Source: an uncultured virus (IMG/VR IMGVR_UViG_3300045955_000385)
Lineage: Duplodnaviria; Heunggongvirae; Uroviricota; Caudoviricetes
IMG/VR virus record: IMGVR_UViG_3300045955_000385
DNA: 64,000 nt
Direction: 5' to 3' (one strand)
Shown here piece by piece: positions 47,794 through 56,596 of this stretch (position 1 is its first letter; every line of letters begins with the position of its first letter). A program made the position numbers and the translations under genes. The notes under the pieces are model-generated. The model was not told the DNA's origin and made no database searches. It saw only the letters and a program-made list of their open reading frames with translations.

Positions 47794-48558
47794 TTACTCG
47801 CCAAGAAGCTCCAGCAGACTGAGATTGGCCGCACTAAAAACCCCGGGCGCCACGCAGGTGAGATCCAGGCGATCACTCGCAAAACGCACCAACGTCTCAA
47901 ATTCCCCAGCCGCCCACACGAGTGCTCCCGATGCTGGTGGCACGTCAAAGATCACTTCGCCGCTCGCCAGATTGACCTCGAAATCCTCCGTAGGCACCCC
48001 GTTGAGTGTCACGGTGAGCGTGCCAGGGATGGGGCGCGTGAGCGGCCGCGTCGCGGTGAGGCTGCCACTCTGGTACACCTTGACCAACTGAAACGTCTGT
48101 GTCGCACCGGTGCCGATACCGATCTGATTGTCGAACTGATAATCGGGGGTGATCACGTCCTTGAAGCAAAAGTTGTCGGCCTGGCCATGCGCGACGGCCC
48201 GCATAAAGGCCACGAGTTCCGCAATCTGTGCTGCCGAACAGTTGACGAAACTCACGTCCCAACGGCCACGAACCTGGGGCCAATGCTTGATGCGTTCCTC
48301 CCAGCCCCCAGGCGACGTAAAGAGACTGACCCCAAAATCTGGCCCGCCACTGGCCCCGAAGGCGATCCAGCCGGGCAAGGGCTCGCAGGGCAGTGGCGTG
48401 CGGTCCTGGGCTCTCAGCACCTCCAGCACCTGGTGCGTCAGGCGTGCCGTTGGGACAATCGTGGTACTGAGCACCTCCAGCACCTGGTGCGTCAGGCGTG
48501 CCGTCGGAGACGTGGTCGTGACGACTTCAAGAACCTGCTGCGTCAGGCGCGACGACAT
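47794..48558 (-). CDS. Distal tail protein (DUF2460-like), copy 2, with three N-terminal RLTxQVLEV repeats
   Basis: FGASGGP...GGWEER...FCFKD...FQLVKVY...FETLVRF; DNA repeats at about 48415-48550. Confidence 0.85.
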   Translation of the reverse strand: MSSRLTQQVLEVVTTTSPTARLTHQVLEVLSTTIVPTARLTHQVLEVLRAQDRTPLPCEPLPGWIAFGASGGPDFGVSLFTSPGGWEERIKHWPQVRGRWDVSFVNCSAAQIAELVAFMRAVAHGQADNFCFKDVITPDYQFDNQIGIGTGATQTFQLVKVYQSGSLTATRPLTRPIPGTLTVTLNGVPTEDFEVNLASGEVIFDVPPASGALVWAAGEFETLVRFASDRLDLTCVAPGVFSAANLSLLELLGE

Positions 48559-49574
48559 TAGGCGTGCTCCACCCCCGCCTCCAGGGCATTCACCGTCGCC
48601 GACGTCCAAGGAACCAGCCCATCAGGATTCGTTTCCCAGATGTCGCTATACCACGCATACGTATTGGGCAACGTGATGAGCGTCGATCCCACCTGGGTGG
48701 TCAGGCCACTTTTGAGCAGCGTGCGTAGCTGCTGCAATCCCGCATCATCTTTCCGCATCCTGACGCCATGCTGTACCGCATAAATAATCGGATTGGGCAT
48801 CGACGGCAACGCGGTAAAATGATGCGATTCGCGTGCGCCTGCCACCAGAGTGCTCACATAATCCACGTCATCAGTCGAGGGCGTGTCATCCACCAGACTA
48901 AAGTGAGCGGCGGCGATCGACGGCGTCCAGTCGCTATAGGTCCCGTCGGCATTCGGGATGAGCATATCGACGCGACAATCGCCCAGCAGCGTGTTGTTCG
49001 TTGGGCCGGTCGCATCACAGATATAGCAATCATCTATCCACCCAAGGGCCATAATGCCGGCCGTCAAATAAATTTCATTGGCAGCATTATTGCTTGTCGT
49101 GCGCGTATTCACATTGCTGAGAGCTATCCGTGTGGTGCCGTCAATCGCCAGAGTGGCGCTGCCAGTCGTGGGATGAATGGTGGCCATCAGTTCGATATAG
49201 TAGTAGACGGTTGCCACCATGCGAAAGGCCCCCGCCGTGCCCAACTCGACCCCATTGCGCGTCACAATGGGGCACCCATCATTGCGGATGCGGACTTCCA
49301 CCTGATTGGTGCCATTATCACGCAAGGCCAGGACGGGCTGTGGCGCGGCAGAGCTGTTGGGCAAATAACTGAAACGTAAGGCAAAACCCACGATCCATGT
49401 CGGTTGCGCCTCCAGCACTTTGCTGACATAGGCATTAATGGCACCCAAACCCAGCGCCTGTGTGCCACGACGTCCGTCGCCGGCCCGGATATCGCAATAG
49501 TTCGTATCCGTCCATTTCTCGTACAGATTGCCCGTGGCGTAATGATCAAAGGAGTCGATGAATCTAAGGCTCAT
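48558..49574 (-). CDS. Virion tail-associated beta-sandwich protein, paralog B
   Basis: MSLRFIDSFDH...YYYIEL...IDDCYICD...LLGDCRVDMLIPNA. Confidence 0.65.
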   Translation of the reverse strand: MSLRFIDSFDHYATGNLYEKWTDTNYCDIRAGDGRRGTQALGLGAINAYVSKVLEAQPTWIVGFALRFSYLPNSSAAPQPVLALRDNGTNQVEVRIRNDGCPIVTRNGVELGTAGAFRMVATVYYYIELMATIHPTTGSATLAIDGTTRIALSNVNTRTTSNNAANEIYLTAGIMALGWIDDCYICDATGPTNNTLLGDCRVDMLIPNADGTYSDWTPSIAAAHFSLVDDTPSTDDVDYVSTLVAGARESHHFTALPSMPNPIIYAVQHGVRMRKDDAGLQQLRTLLKSGLTTQVGSTLITLPNTYAWYSDIWETNPDGLVPWTSATVNALEAGVEHA

Positions 49575-52099
49575 TACATATTCCTCTGCGCCTGCTGCAT
49601 GGCCTGCATCATGGCGCGTGACACCGCCCCGCGCGAGGCCACGAAACTCTGCGCGTTCTGCACGCCACTCACATGCACGTTGACCACGGTCGTCCCTCCC
49701 ATGGCCTGGCCATTGGGCACCACCGTGCCACTTTGTCTCGGCACGAACAGTTCCGGCCCTCTTTCTCCAACCCAGTACGGCTGGCCGCCAACAACCGGGC
49801 CGCCGTGCTGCATACCCGGCGCATCGCCCCCCACAAAGGCCAGGGCGCTCACGGCCGTCCCTGCCCCACCGCCTCCCCCAGCGCCGGCCGCGGCACTGCC
49901 GAGCTTGAGGACGGCTTTGAGTGCCACATCGAGCCAGCCGCCCTCCTGGGTGGCCATCTTGCCAATCGTCTGCAAGGAGAGGCGGTAGAAGTCCTCGGCA
50001 ATACTACTCACCATGTCCTTAAAGGACGCCTTGCCGTGAAACACAAAGTCGGTGAGGGCGTCGCCCATCTTGTCAAAGGTGCGGTCGGTGAACTCGCGCA
50101 GGGTCTCCAGGTCCTCCTGCATGCTCTCGAAGGCCAGGGTGCGTTCCATCTGCGCCCGCCCACGCGCCAACGTTTCTGGATCGCTCGTCACTTTCTTGAG
50201 ATCCTCGAAGCTCTTGGCCAGTTGCTCTCGGCGCGTCAGTTGGATATCGGGCTCAAAGTCCTGCATGATCTCCTTGATCGCTTCAAACTCAGCCGCACTG
50301 GCTTTGGCCTGGGAGCGCAACGCTGGCAGTTGCGCTTCCACTCGCTGCACGTCTGCAATAGCCGCAGCCAGCTCCCTGGCTTTTTCTGCGTATTGCGAAG
50401 TAGCAAGTGAAGCCGCGAGCATGCTGGCGCGATCAGCATCCCGTTCGGCGCGCACCTCGGTATAGCGTGAGGCCAGTTGCCGGAGGGCCTCCATCGAGGT
50501 AGCATGCACCCGCGCCACTTCCTCGGCTTGCTGCCGATCAAGGCGCGCCTCTTCTTCCTGGGCTTGCTGCCTCTTGCGCTCGGCTTCTTCGCGTGCCTGG
50601 TCGGCTTTGCGCTGGGCCGCGGCCAGATCCTGGATGGCTTGTTTCTTCGCCTCGATTGCCGTGACATCTGCGCTGTACTGGCGGCGCAATTCCGCCTGCT
50701 GCGCCACGAGTTCTGCGGGCACGGGGCCAGCGCGTTCGGGACGGCCGGTGATCGTGGCCGTGATGGCTTCGAGACTCTTGGCCGTGAGATCCTTGCGGCG
50801 TTCCAGAAACTGAATTTGCTGCTGGAGGGTGCCGTTTTCCTTGCCATAGATTTCAGGGGTGAGCGCAGAGGATTTATTGAGGGCATCCCTGGCTTTTTTC
50901 TGATCCTCAAGCGTGGTCGTCAGGGCCTTATTGTTGGAGGCTTGATCCCGGAGAATCGCCTGGTTGGCAATCTGCTGTTCGTTAATTTCCTTCTGGCGCG
51001 CCGCGGCCCGCTCCTGTTCCACGGCCCGTTTGCGAATGTCTTCAATATCGCGTTGTAGAATGCTTTCGGGATGGCGCCCCATGGCCGTTTCGGTCATGGC
51101 CGCCTTTTCTGCCTCCGTCGTCCACTTTGACAGAGGCCCTAACATTTGCTCTACCTGGGCACGTGCATTCTCGGCGGCAGTCCGCGAGGCGGTAAACAGC
51201 CCGGCAATCTTGCCAGCAGCAGCATCGAGGAATTGCAAAAGACCAGATTGTGCCATGCGGTCTTTGAGGAGCAGGATCTCATTGCCTAGCTGGGCAATCC
51301 CTTTCCCGGCCCGCTCGGCAGCGAGTGGGGCTTCGACCTTGAGCTGTTGCGTAAAGCGCTGCGTGAACTCGACCGCATCGAGCCCTTTGGCGATCATCTC
51401 TTCGAGGGCTTTGGTATTGGTGCCATAGGCTCTGGCAGCGATCTGCATAGCCCCAGGCAACGCTTCACCCAATTGCCCGCGTAACTCCTCCATGCTGACC
51501 TTGCCCTTACTCACAATCTGTTGAAAGGCAAGGAGAGCACGTCCTGTTTGATCGGTGGAGAGACCAAAGGTCGTTGAGGCTTGTGTCAATGCCGTGAAGA
51601 GATCGCGTGTTGCCTGACCTTCAAGTGCCGTGCCACGTGTCGCCGCAGTGAGACTGCGGTACTGATCGGCCAGCTTGCTCAGCTCCAAACCAAGCGTATT
51701 GGCGGTCTTCACGACAAAGGCAAATTGCTGACCACCCGCTTGCGCGCCGCCAGCAATGGCGTTAAACGAGGTGCGCAGGTTCTGCATCTCGATCCCAGTG
51801 CGCACGACGTCCTGCATGGCACTGGTAAGCGATTGCACCGTGAGGACACCCGCCGCCAGGCCCAGGAGCGAACTGGACAGACCACCGACGCTCGTCCTGG
51901 TATTGCCGATGGCGGTAGCGGTAGCATTGGCACGAGTAGTGACACCGGAGAGGGTCGTGCCGAGCTGGGAGAAGGTCGAGGTGAGACCCTTCACTTCCTG
52001 CTCGGTGAGGCGCAAGGTGGCCGTAGTCTTGCGCATACCCTGCTCGAAGGCATCGGTTTTAGCAGAAACAGTTACTACTAAACTTCCTGCGATAGCGAT
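49574..52099 (-). CDS. Tape measure protein (probable ATC start at 52099; first ATG at 52036)
   Basis: AFQQIVSKGKVSMEELRGQLGEALPGA tape-measure motif; C-terminal GGPV..GQPYWVGERGPELFVPRQSGTVVPN. Confidence 0.9.
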   Translation of the reverse strand: MAIAGSLVVTVSAKTDAFEQGMRKTTATLRLTEQEVKGLTSTFSQLGTTLSGVTTRANATATAIGNTRTSVGGLSSSLLGLAAGVLTVQSLTSAMQDVVRTGIEMQNLRTSFNAIAGGAQAGGQQFAFVVKTANTLGLELSKLADQYRSLTAATRGTALEGQATRDLFTALTQASTTFGLSTDQTGRALLAFQQIVSKGKVSMEELRGQLGEALPGAMQIAARAYGTNTKALEEMIAKGLDAVEFTQRFTQQLKVEAPLAAERAGKGIAQLGNEILLLKDRMAQSGLLQFLDAAAGKIAGLFTASRTAAENARAQVEQMLGPLSKWTTEAEKAAMTETAMGRHPESILQRDIEDIRKRAVEQERAAARQKEINEQQIANQAILRDQASNNKALTTTLEDQKKARDALNKSSALTPEIYGKENGTLQQQIQFLERRKDLTAKSLEAITATITGRPERAGPVPAELVAQQAELRRQYSADVTAIEAKKQAIQDLAAAQRKADQAREEAERKRQQAQEEEARLDRQQAEEVARVHATSMEALRQLASRYTEVRAERDADRASMLAASLATSQYAEKARELAAAIADVQRVEAQLPALRSQAKASAAEFEAIKEIMQDFEPDIQLTRREQLAKSFEDLKKVTSDPETLARGRAQMERTLAFESMQEDLETLREFTDRTFDKMGDALTDFVFHGKASFKDMVSSIAEDFYRLSLQTIGKMATQEGGWLDVALKAVLKLGSAAAGAGGGGGAGTAVSALAFVGGDAPGMQHGGPVVGGQPYWVGERGPELFVPRQSGTVVPNGQAMGGTTVVNVHVSGVQNAQSFVASRGAVSRAMMQAMQQAQRNM

Positions 52100-52158
52100 G
52101 GCTTTACCCTTTCGCTAAAGTTCTTTCTGCTGTCGGTCGATACGAGGTATAGTTATGT

Positions 52159-52247
52159 TATGATACTGACGTGGTAAGGTGTGGGTCGCTCCCACAGACA
52201 TGCCTTAACCATGTCAGCCTTACCACATACACCTGTTAAGGAGGTGT
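52159..52247 (+). ncRNA. Structured leader copy E5 with TATGAT -10 box
   Basis: Outer stem 52171-52180/52217-52226. Hairpin A 52181-52195. Hairpin B 52197-52215 (loop CCTTAAC). Hairpin C 52229-52247 (loop GTTAAGG; SD AGGAGG). Confidence 0.8.
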
Positions 52248-52250
52248 CCT

Positions 52251-52607
52251 ATGTCCCGCATCATGTACGGTTTCGTTGGTGTTGTCCTCCTTGTGGCCAT
52301 GTTTCTCATCAAAGACATGGTCAATCCTACTTACCCTGCGCATGCCAAAAACGTTGCCCACACGTTTTGTCGAGATTTCGGCAACATTGCTGCCACTGTC
52401 GTCCGAGCAAGAGATCGTGGAACCATCCCATCATTGCTTCTCCAAGAGATACGAAATAGTGCCGTGACCTATCCCATACCGATGCCAGGCGTTGATGCCA
52501 TGAACACAGAGATCGTTCTCTATGTATATGGCAATCCGCATGTGACAGAAACATCAGCCAGGCAGCGTATAGAAACACTGTGTCATCAAGTCATCCACGA
52601 AATGTAA
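52251..52607 (+). CDS. Hypothetical exported or membrane-anchored moron protein
   Basis: N-terminal hydrophobic helix, lower GC, antisense to the tail operon. Confidence 0.6.
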   Translation: MSRIMYGFVGVVLLVAMFLIKDMVNPTYPAHAKNVAHTFCRDFGNIAATVVRARDRGTIPSLLLQEIRNSAVTYPIPMPGVDAMNTEIVLYVYGNPHVTETSARQRIETLCHQVIHEM

Positions 52608-52619
52608 AGGAGCCATCCC

Positions 52620-52817
52620 ATGTCTGATGTCACAGGTCCACTTTTACTGCTATTTCTGATCTTCATGTACTTCTTGCCTGCTGCCAATGCTTACTGGCGC
52701 GGCCATCACAATGCCGAGCCCATCTTGATTATCAATCTCCTGCTCGGCTGGACGTTCGTAGGCTGGGTCGTTGCCCTGGCGTGGTCTGCCACACAAATCA
52801 TCGACAATCGCGTGTAG
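52620..52817 (+). CDS. Superinfection immunity protein (T4 Imm-like)
   Basis: YFLP...RGHHN...IINLLLGWTFVGWVVALAWS. Confidence 0.85.
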   Translation: MSDVTGPLLLLFLIFMYFLPAANAYWRGHHNAEPILIINLLLGWTFVGWVVALAWSATQIIDNRV

Positions 52818-52826
52818 GAGAGCACC

Positions 52827-52967
52827 ATGGATCACCAGCATATCCATCATTGCCACTGCCAGCATACGCATCGGCATACCTCTATGTGGACCATTTCCCC
52901 CTGGGTCATCTGGTTCACCATCGGGAGTATGGTGCTTGGGTATGGCCTTCTCATCGCTTTTCTGTAA
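52827..52967 (+). CDS. His-rich small membrane peptide
   Basis: AGGAG SD; MDHQHIHHCHCQHTHRH followed by a TM helix. Confidence 0.5.
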   Translation: MDHQHIHHCHCQHTHRHTSMWTISPWVIWFTIGSMVLGYGLLIAFL

Positions 52968-52978
52968 CGAGGGATGCC

Positions 52979-53227
52979 ATGCCAATCACCTTTGACACAC
53001 ACAAATTGATTACCCGCCTGACGCAGGGGCAGATGTCCCTGGAACAGGCCGAAGCCGTGTCCGATGCACTGCAAGAAGCGGTCGAGGGCAGCATTGGCCA
53101 GCTCGCCACAAAAAGCGATATCGCCGATTTGAGAACCGAACTGAAACACGTCAAATGGATGATCGGCGTCAATATGACCCTTGTGGTGCTGATCCTCGGC
53201 AAACTCTTACTCTTCATGAAACCATAA
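52979..53227 (+). CDS. DUF1640/CCDC90-like coiled-coil membrane protein
   Basis: TFDTHKLITRL...EQAEAV...LATKSDIADLRTEL...KWMIG. Confidence 0.75.
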   Translation: MPITFDTHKLITRLTQGQMSLEQAEAVSDALQEAVEGSIGQLATKSDIADLRTELKHVKWMIGVNMTLVVLILGKLLLFMKP

Positions 53228-53247
53228 CCATTAGGAGAGACTGTCCC

Positions 53248-53481
53248 ATGTCGTCGATTAATTTCGAACTCTACCAGGCTCTGCAATCCGCCGGAACCCC
53301 TGAACCAGAAGCCCGCCAGGCCGCCATGGAAGTCGCCACTATGGGTGGTATCCTCGCGGTCCTTGCCGAACGGGTCAACGGGATCGACAGTAAGCTTAAT
53401 GTCGTCATCGGCGTCATGCTTGTGGGCTTTGGCGGCATCCTCGCCGCCCTGTGGCAAATCTTCCTGCGCTTGCCGCGTTAA
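53248..53481 (+). CDS. Small coiled-coil plus TM protein, paralog of 1283-1537
   Basis: AGTPEPEARQAAMEVATMGGILAVLAERVNGIDSKL. Confidence 0.65.
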   Translation: MSSINFELYQALQSAGTPEPEARQAAMEVATMGGILAVLAERVNGIDSKLNVVIGVMLVGFGGILAALWQIFLRLPR

Positions 53482-54175
53482 CGCACCGTACCCCCCGCCG
53501 CGCGCGTCAGGGACTCTAACATCTGTTGCTGCTGGAGGATGGCCGCGTCCCGGTCCTCCTCCGCGCTGCCGTCACGGTCAAACGTCGGCATAAAGTCGCT
53601 CGGCGTAAAGGGTCTCGTCTCACGGCTACGATGAATATTGGCCAGCGTCGACGTGAGTATCCCCGTCCGCAGATCCGCGCGCCCTTCGCCCCACGGCTCC
53701 AGATGCCAGTACGCCAGCCACTCGCTAAACTCCCGGCTATCGACTTCCTGCATACACCGCTTCACCGACATCCCCAGACTCAGGGCGAGTCGGAACCAGA
53801 AGCGCCTGGAGGCGTTGCCACGGAGTTTTTTGTCAGGGCGTCCACATCCTCTTGACGAATACCACTCAGACGTACTGCCACTTCATAGAGCCGATCGAGG
53901 ACTTTGCCTGATTTTTGGCCGAGACGTGAGGCATCGGCTAACATAAAAACCGGCATGCCACGGTCATCACAGACAGCCATCACTACCAGGCGCGCACGGA
54001 AATTGGCATAGCGTTTCTGCGCATCCGGTTCTACATCCTGGAGGGTGTGCGTTTCCCACAGATCCCGTTCAGCCCCAGTGAGACAACGTACATACACATC
54101 CCCGCCCCACTCAGGCACCTGTACCAGCTCCCGCTGCAGATCATCTGCACCTAATATGTCATCACGACTGAGCAT
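53478..54175 (-). CDS. Tail assembly chaperones gpG (54175-53780) and gpGT via a -1 frameshift
   Basis: Slippery A AAA AAC at 53831-53825. The -1 frame reads RRFWFRLALSLGMSV...SREFSEWLAY...EPWG. Confidence 0.85.
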
Positions 54176-54182
54176 AATTATC

Positions 54183-54629
54183 CTAAGCAAATAAAGTAGG
54201 TTTATCGTACAAATAGGCCCCAGTAAAAGCAATAATAATTGTGGCCATCATAATTTCGTTAGGCTGCATGGAGACTTCGACGTCCTTCACCCAACCGGTG
54301 GCCTGCCATTTGGCGGGGGTCGATTCGTTGGCACGTCTGGGGAGCACCAGTTGAATGGTCTGCACCTCATGCACTTTGGGGAGGCCGATGGCACTATCAA
54401 AGTGGACGTTCAAGTTCCAGTCTTTGAGTTGCGCGATGCCGCCAGGAATTTGCTGCCCGTTACTGTTGACCTCATCCAGGGTGGGCATCATCATGTGCGA
54501 CGCATCCAGGGAGGTCCCGGCCAGGCCCATGGCGCCATTAATGGAGACAATTTCGCCAATGGTCCCCGACGACGTAAAGATGATTTGAGTACCGAGGCCG
54601 ATCTTGGCCCGGCTATTCGATTCGGCCAT
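54183..54629 (-). CDS. Major tail tube protein
   Basis: Lies between the tail terminator and the chaperone; beta-rich, 148 aa. Confidence 0.65.
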   Translation of the reverse strand: MAESNSRAKIGLGTQIIFTSSGTIGEIVSINGAMGLAGTSLDASHMMMPTLDEVNSNGQQIPGGIAQLKDWNLNVHFDSAIGLPKVHEVQTIQLVLPRRANESTPAKWQATGWVKDVEVSMQPNEIMMATIIIAFTGAYLYDKPTLFA

Positions 54630-54637
54630 GGTCTCTC

Positions 54638-55063
54638 CTACGCTGGCACCTCACGCATGTGCCAGCACGAAATAGTCAGAATGCGTCTATAATAGGCACG
54701 CTCAGATCCATCCTGCGCGGGCTCGGGCGCGTCGAGTTCGCTGTCCACAAAGACGCCATCCACCTCCAGACCGTCCCAGGCAGCCGGCATGCCGTCCATA
54801 CTATTCCTGATAATACGGGCCATCTGATGCGCTTGCATGGGCTCCAGGGACCAACAATCAATCTGAACCATAGAATCAAAGGTTGCTGTAGCACCATCCA
54901 GGTAGTAGTGAGAAGCAATATTCAGGTCCTGGAGCGTGATATAGGGAAATGGCGAGCTTGTTGGTGCGATAGAAGGAAAGATCCTTGTACCTACGATGGC
55001 CGTCAATGGCGGATAGGTACTTAGGAAACTATATAGAGCACGCGCTAAACTTGGAACTGCCAT
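54638..55063 (-). CDS. Tail terminator (DUF3168-like)
   Basis: IVGTRIFP..AP....FPYIT...VQIDCWS. Confidence 0.8.
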   Translation of the reverse strand: MAVPSLARALYSFLSTYPPLTAIVGTRIFPSIAPTSSPFPYITLQDLNIASHYYLDGATATFDSMVQIDCWSLEPMQAHQMARIIRNSMDGMPAAWDGLEVDGVFVDSELDAPEPAQDGSERAYYRRILTISCWHMREVPA

Positions 55064-55512
55064 CAGGACATCCCTCGCATCGCTGCCTCGATGCCGTTAT
55101 CCAACTCCTGACGCAAGATCGCAAAGATCGCCTGTTGCCCTGTGCGTAACGAACTGCGCATATAGGGGTTCGCCGCATGATGCACACCGCTCCTATCTCG
55201 ATGCCCAAATTCTACGTGCGAGGGGTAATAGCCACGTTGTTTCGGGTCAATACCGAGTTGTGACCGTGTGCCAGTCTGTACCATGATGCCAATGCGGCCC
55301 TTACGTCTTTTGAGACTTCTGAGACGCATCGTTGTTGAGAGTCGTCCGCTTTCCCTTGGAGCCCGCGCTTTCGCCAAAGCCATGTAGTATTTCCCGGCCT
55401 GCCTGAGTGCCTGACGCATGACTTTTTGCTCCAGTTTGTCAGGCAACGCTGCCAGGGCTCTGGAGAGTTCCGGGACACCAAGCATGCTGATATCAAATCT
55501 ATTGCTTGCCAT
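55063..55512 (-). CDS. HK97 gp10-like tail completion protein
   Basis: GVPELSRAL...AKARAPRESGRL...HVEFGH...ANPYMR. Confidence 0.85.
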   Translation of the reverse strand: MASNRFDISMLGVPELSRALAALPDKLEQKVMRQALRQAGKYYMALAKARAPRESGRLSTTMRLRSLKRRKGRIGIMVQTGTRSQLGIDPKQRGYYPSHVEFGHRDRSGVHHAANPYMRSSLRTGQQAIFAILRQELDNGIEAAMRGMS

Positions 55513-55515
55513 AGG

Positions 55516-55836
55516 TCATTTCAGTTCCGGTTCGCCTACCGTTACATCGAGCGATGCCGCCGTTGCGGATACCACATGCGCCGTGAGCGTATCCGTCACA
55601 GTCGTAATCCCGGCGCCCAGATCGGCATCGCAGGTCATGGTGATGAGGCTATCGCCTGGCGCATTGCCACTCACCACATAGGCACTGGTGCCGTCCACAG
55701 CCTGAATCGTGCACGTGCCACTGGTCACCGCAAACGCCACCGCCCCATCAATCGGTGCGGGATTCCCCGCTTCGGTCACCGGCTCGGCAACAATCAGGAC
55801 TTTTTGCTCAGTAGAGAGTGTGACTTCACTTGGCAT
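55516..55836 (-). CDS. Small Ig-like virion protein
   Basis: Beta-rich; GNPAPIDG, DADLGAG. Confidence 0.5.
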   Translation of the reverse strand: MPSEVTLSTEQKVLIVAEPVTEAGNPAPIDGAVAFAVTSGTCTIQAVDGTSAYVVSGNAPGDSLITMTCDADLGAGITTVTDTLTAHVVSATAASLDVTVGEPELK

Positions 55837-55844
55837 AGTTTCCC

Positions 55845-56171
55845 CTAATCAAGAATTTCCCAGGCCAGACATTCGATGGTCCTGTGCCGCTCCCCCAGAT
55901 CCCGCACGGAATAGAGCTGAAAAGCCCTATCTTTCTCCAACCATACCAGTCGCCAGCGTGGATCAAGCTCCACCAGACCGCGCAGGAGAATCTTATGACT
56001 CAGTCGCCCCTCGATACTCTGCGCTTCATAGAGTTCACGGCCCTTGATGGGCTCAATAGCGCCCCAGACATCACCGCCGCTCATCCAGACCTGGCGGTAG
56101 CCACCAATATCATCGCGGGCTTCCACCGGCATCTGGATCTGCAGCCGATGCCTGAGCGCTCCCGCCCGCAT
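55845..56171 (-). CDS. Head closure/head-tail joining protein
   Basis: MRAGALRHRLQIQ...DDIGG...W...VWGAIEPIKGRE. Confidence 0.85.
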   Translation of the reverse strand: MRAGALRHRLQIQMPVEARDDIGGYRQVWMSGGDVWGAIEPIKGRELYEAQSIEGRLSHKILLRGLVELDPRWRLVWLEKDRAFQLYSVRDLGERHRTIECLAWEILD

Positions 56172-56173
56172 GT

Positions 56174-56587
56174 TTACGCCACCGTGCGCGAGGGAAACAG
56201 CGACATCCGCAGCGTATTGCCCGGCGCGCCAACTCCCAAGAGGGTCGTGTACCAACCCGCGAGCTTGTCTCCCACGGGGGCAATGCCGCCAGGGGTGGCT
56301 CCCGCGATATAGACGGTGGCATTGACTGGCGCCGCCCCCGCCCCGAGCGTCAACGTGCCGTCCGTCTGAATCCGCAGCGGTTGCTCCGCTGCTGCCTCAT
56401 GCAGGGCAATCCCCAGGACCTCGGCGCTATCCTGCGAGCCATTGGCATCGGCCAGGCGCAAGCGATTGGTGAGTGTATCGAGATAGACGGCCTGCCCGGC
56501 GGTCACGGCCTGCCCGGCAATGCCCTGAAAAAAGTCCGCATCGGCGCCAGAGAGCACCTGCGCCGGCGTAATCGTCAGTTCCGCCAT
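56174..56587 (-). CDS. Putative capsid decoration protein, copy 1
   Basis: TITPAQV...AGQAVTAGQAVY...LADA...GIALH. Confidence 0.6.
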   Translation of the reverse strand: MAELTITPAQVLSGADADFFQGIAGQAVTAGQAVYLDTLTNRLRLADANGSQDSAEVLGIALHEAAAEQPLRIQTDGTLTLGAGAAPVNATVYIAGATPGGIAPVGDKLAGWYTTLLGVGAPGNTLRMSLFPSRTVA

Positions 56588-56596
56588 ACGCGCCTC

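Noticed and set aside
48415..48550. Near-identical DNA repeats at 60-bp spacing as a mini-CRISPR
   Set aside because: They are in frame and encode RLTxQVLEV peptide repeats, and no cas genes are present.
43485..48558. Gene transfer agent
   Set aside because: GTA-like tail-tip genes are common in true siphophages. The long tape measure gene, the moron and the adjacent replication genes fit a phage.
53825..53831. -1 frameshift in the tail chaperone as a novelty
   Set aside because: This is the well-known gpG/gpGT mechanism, so it is listed as a feature only.
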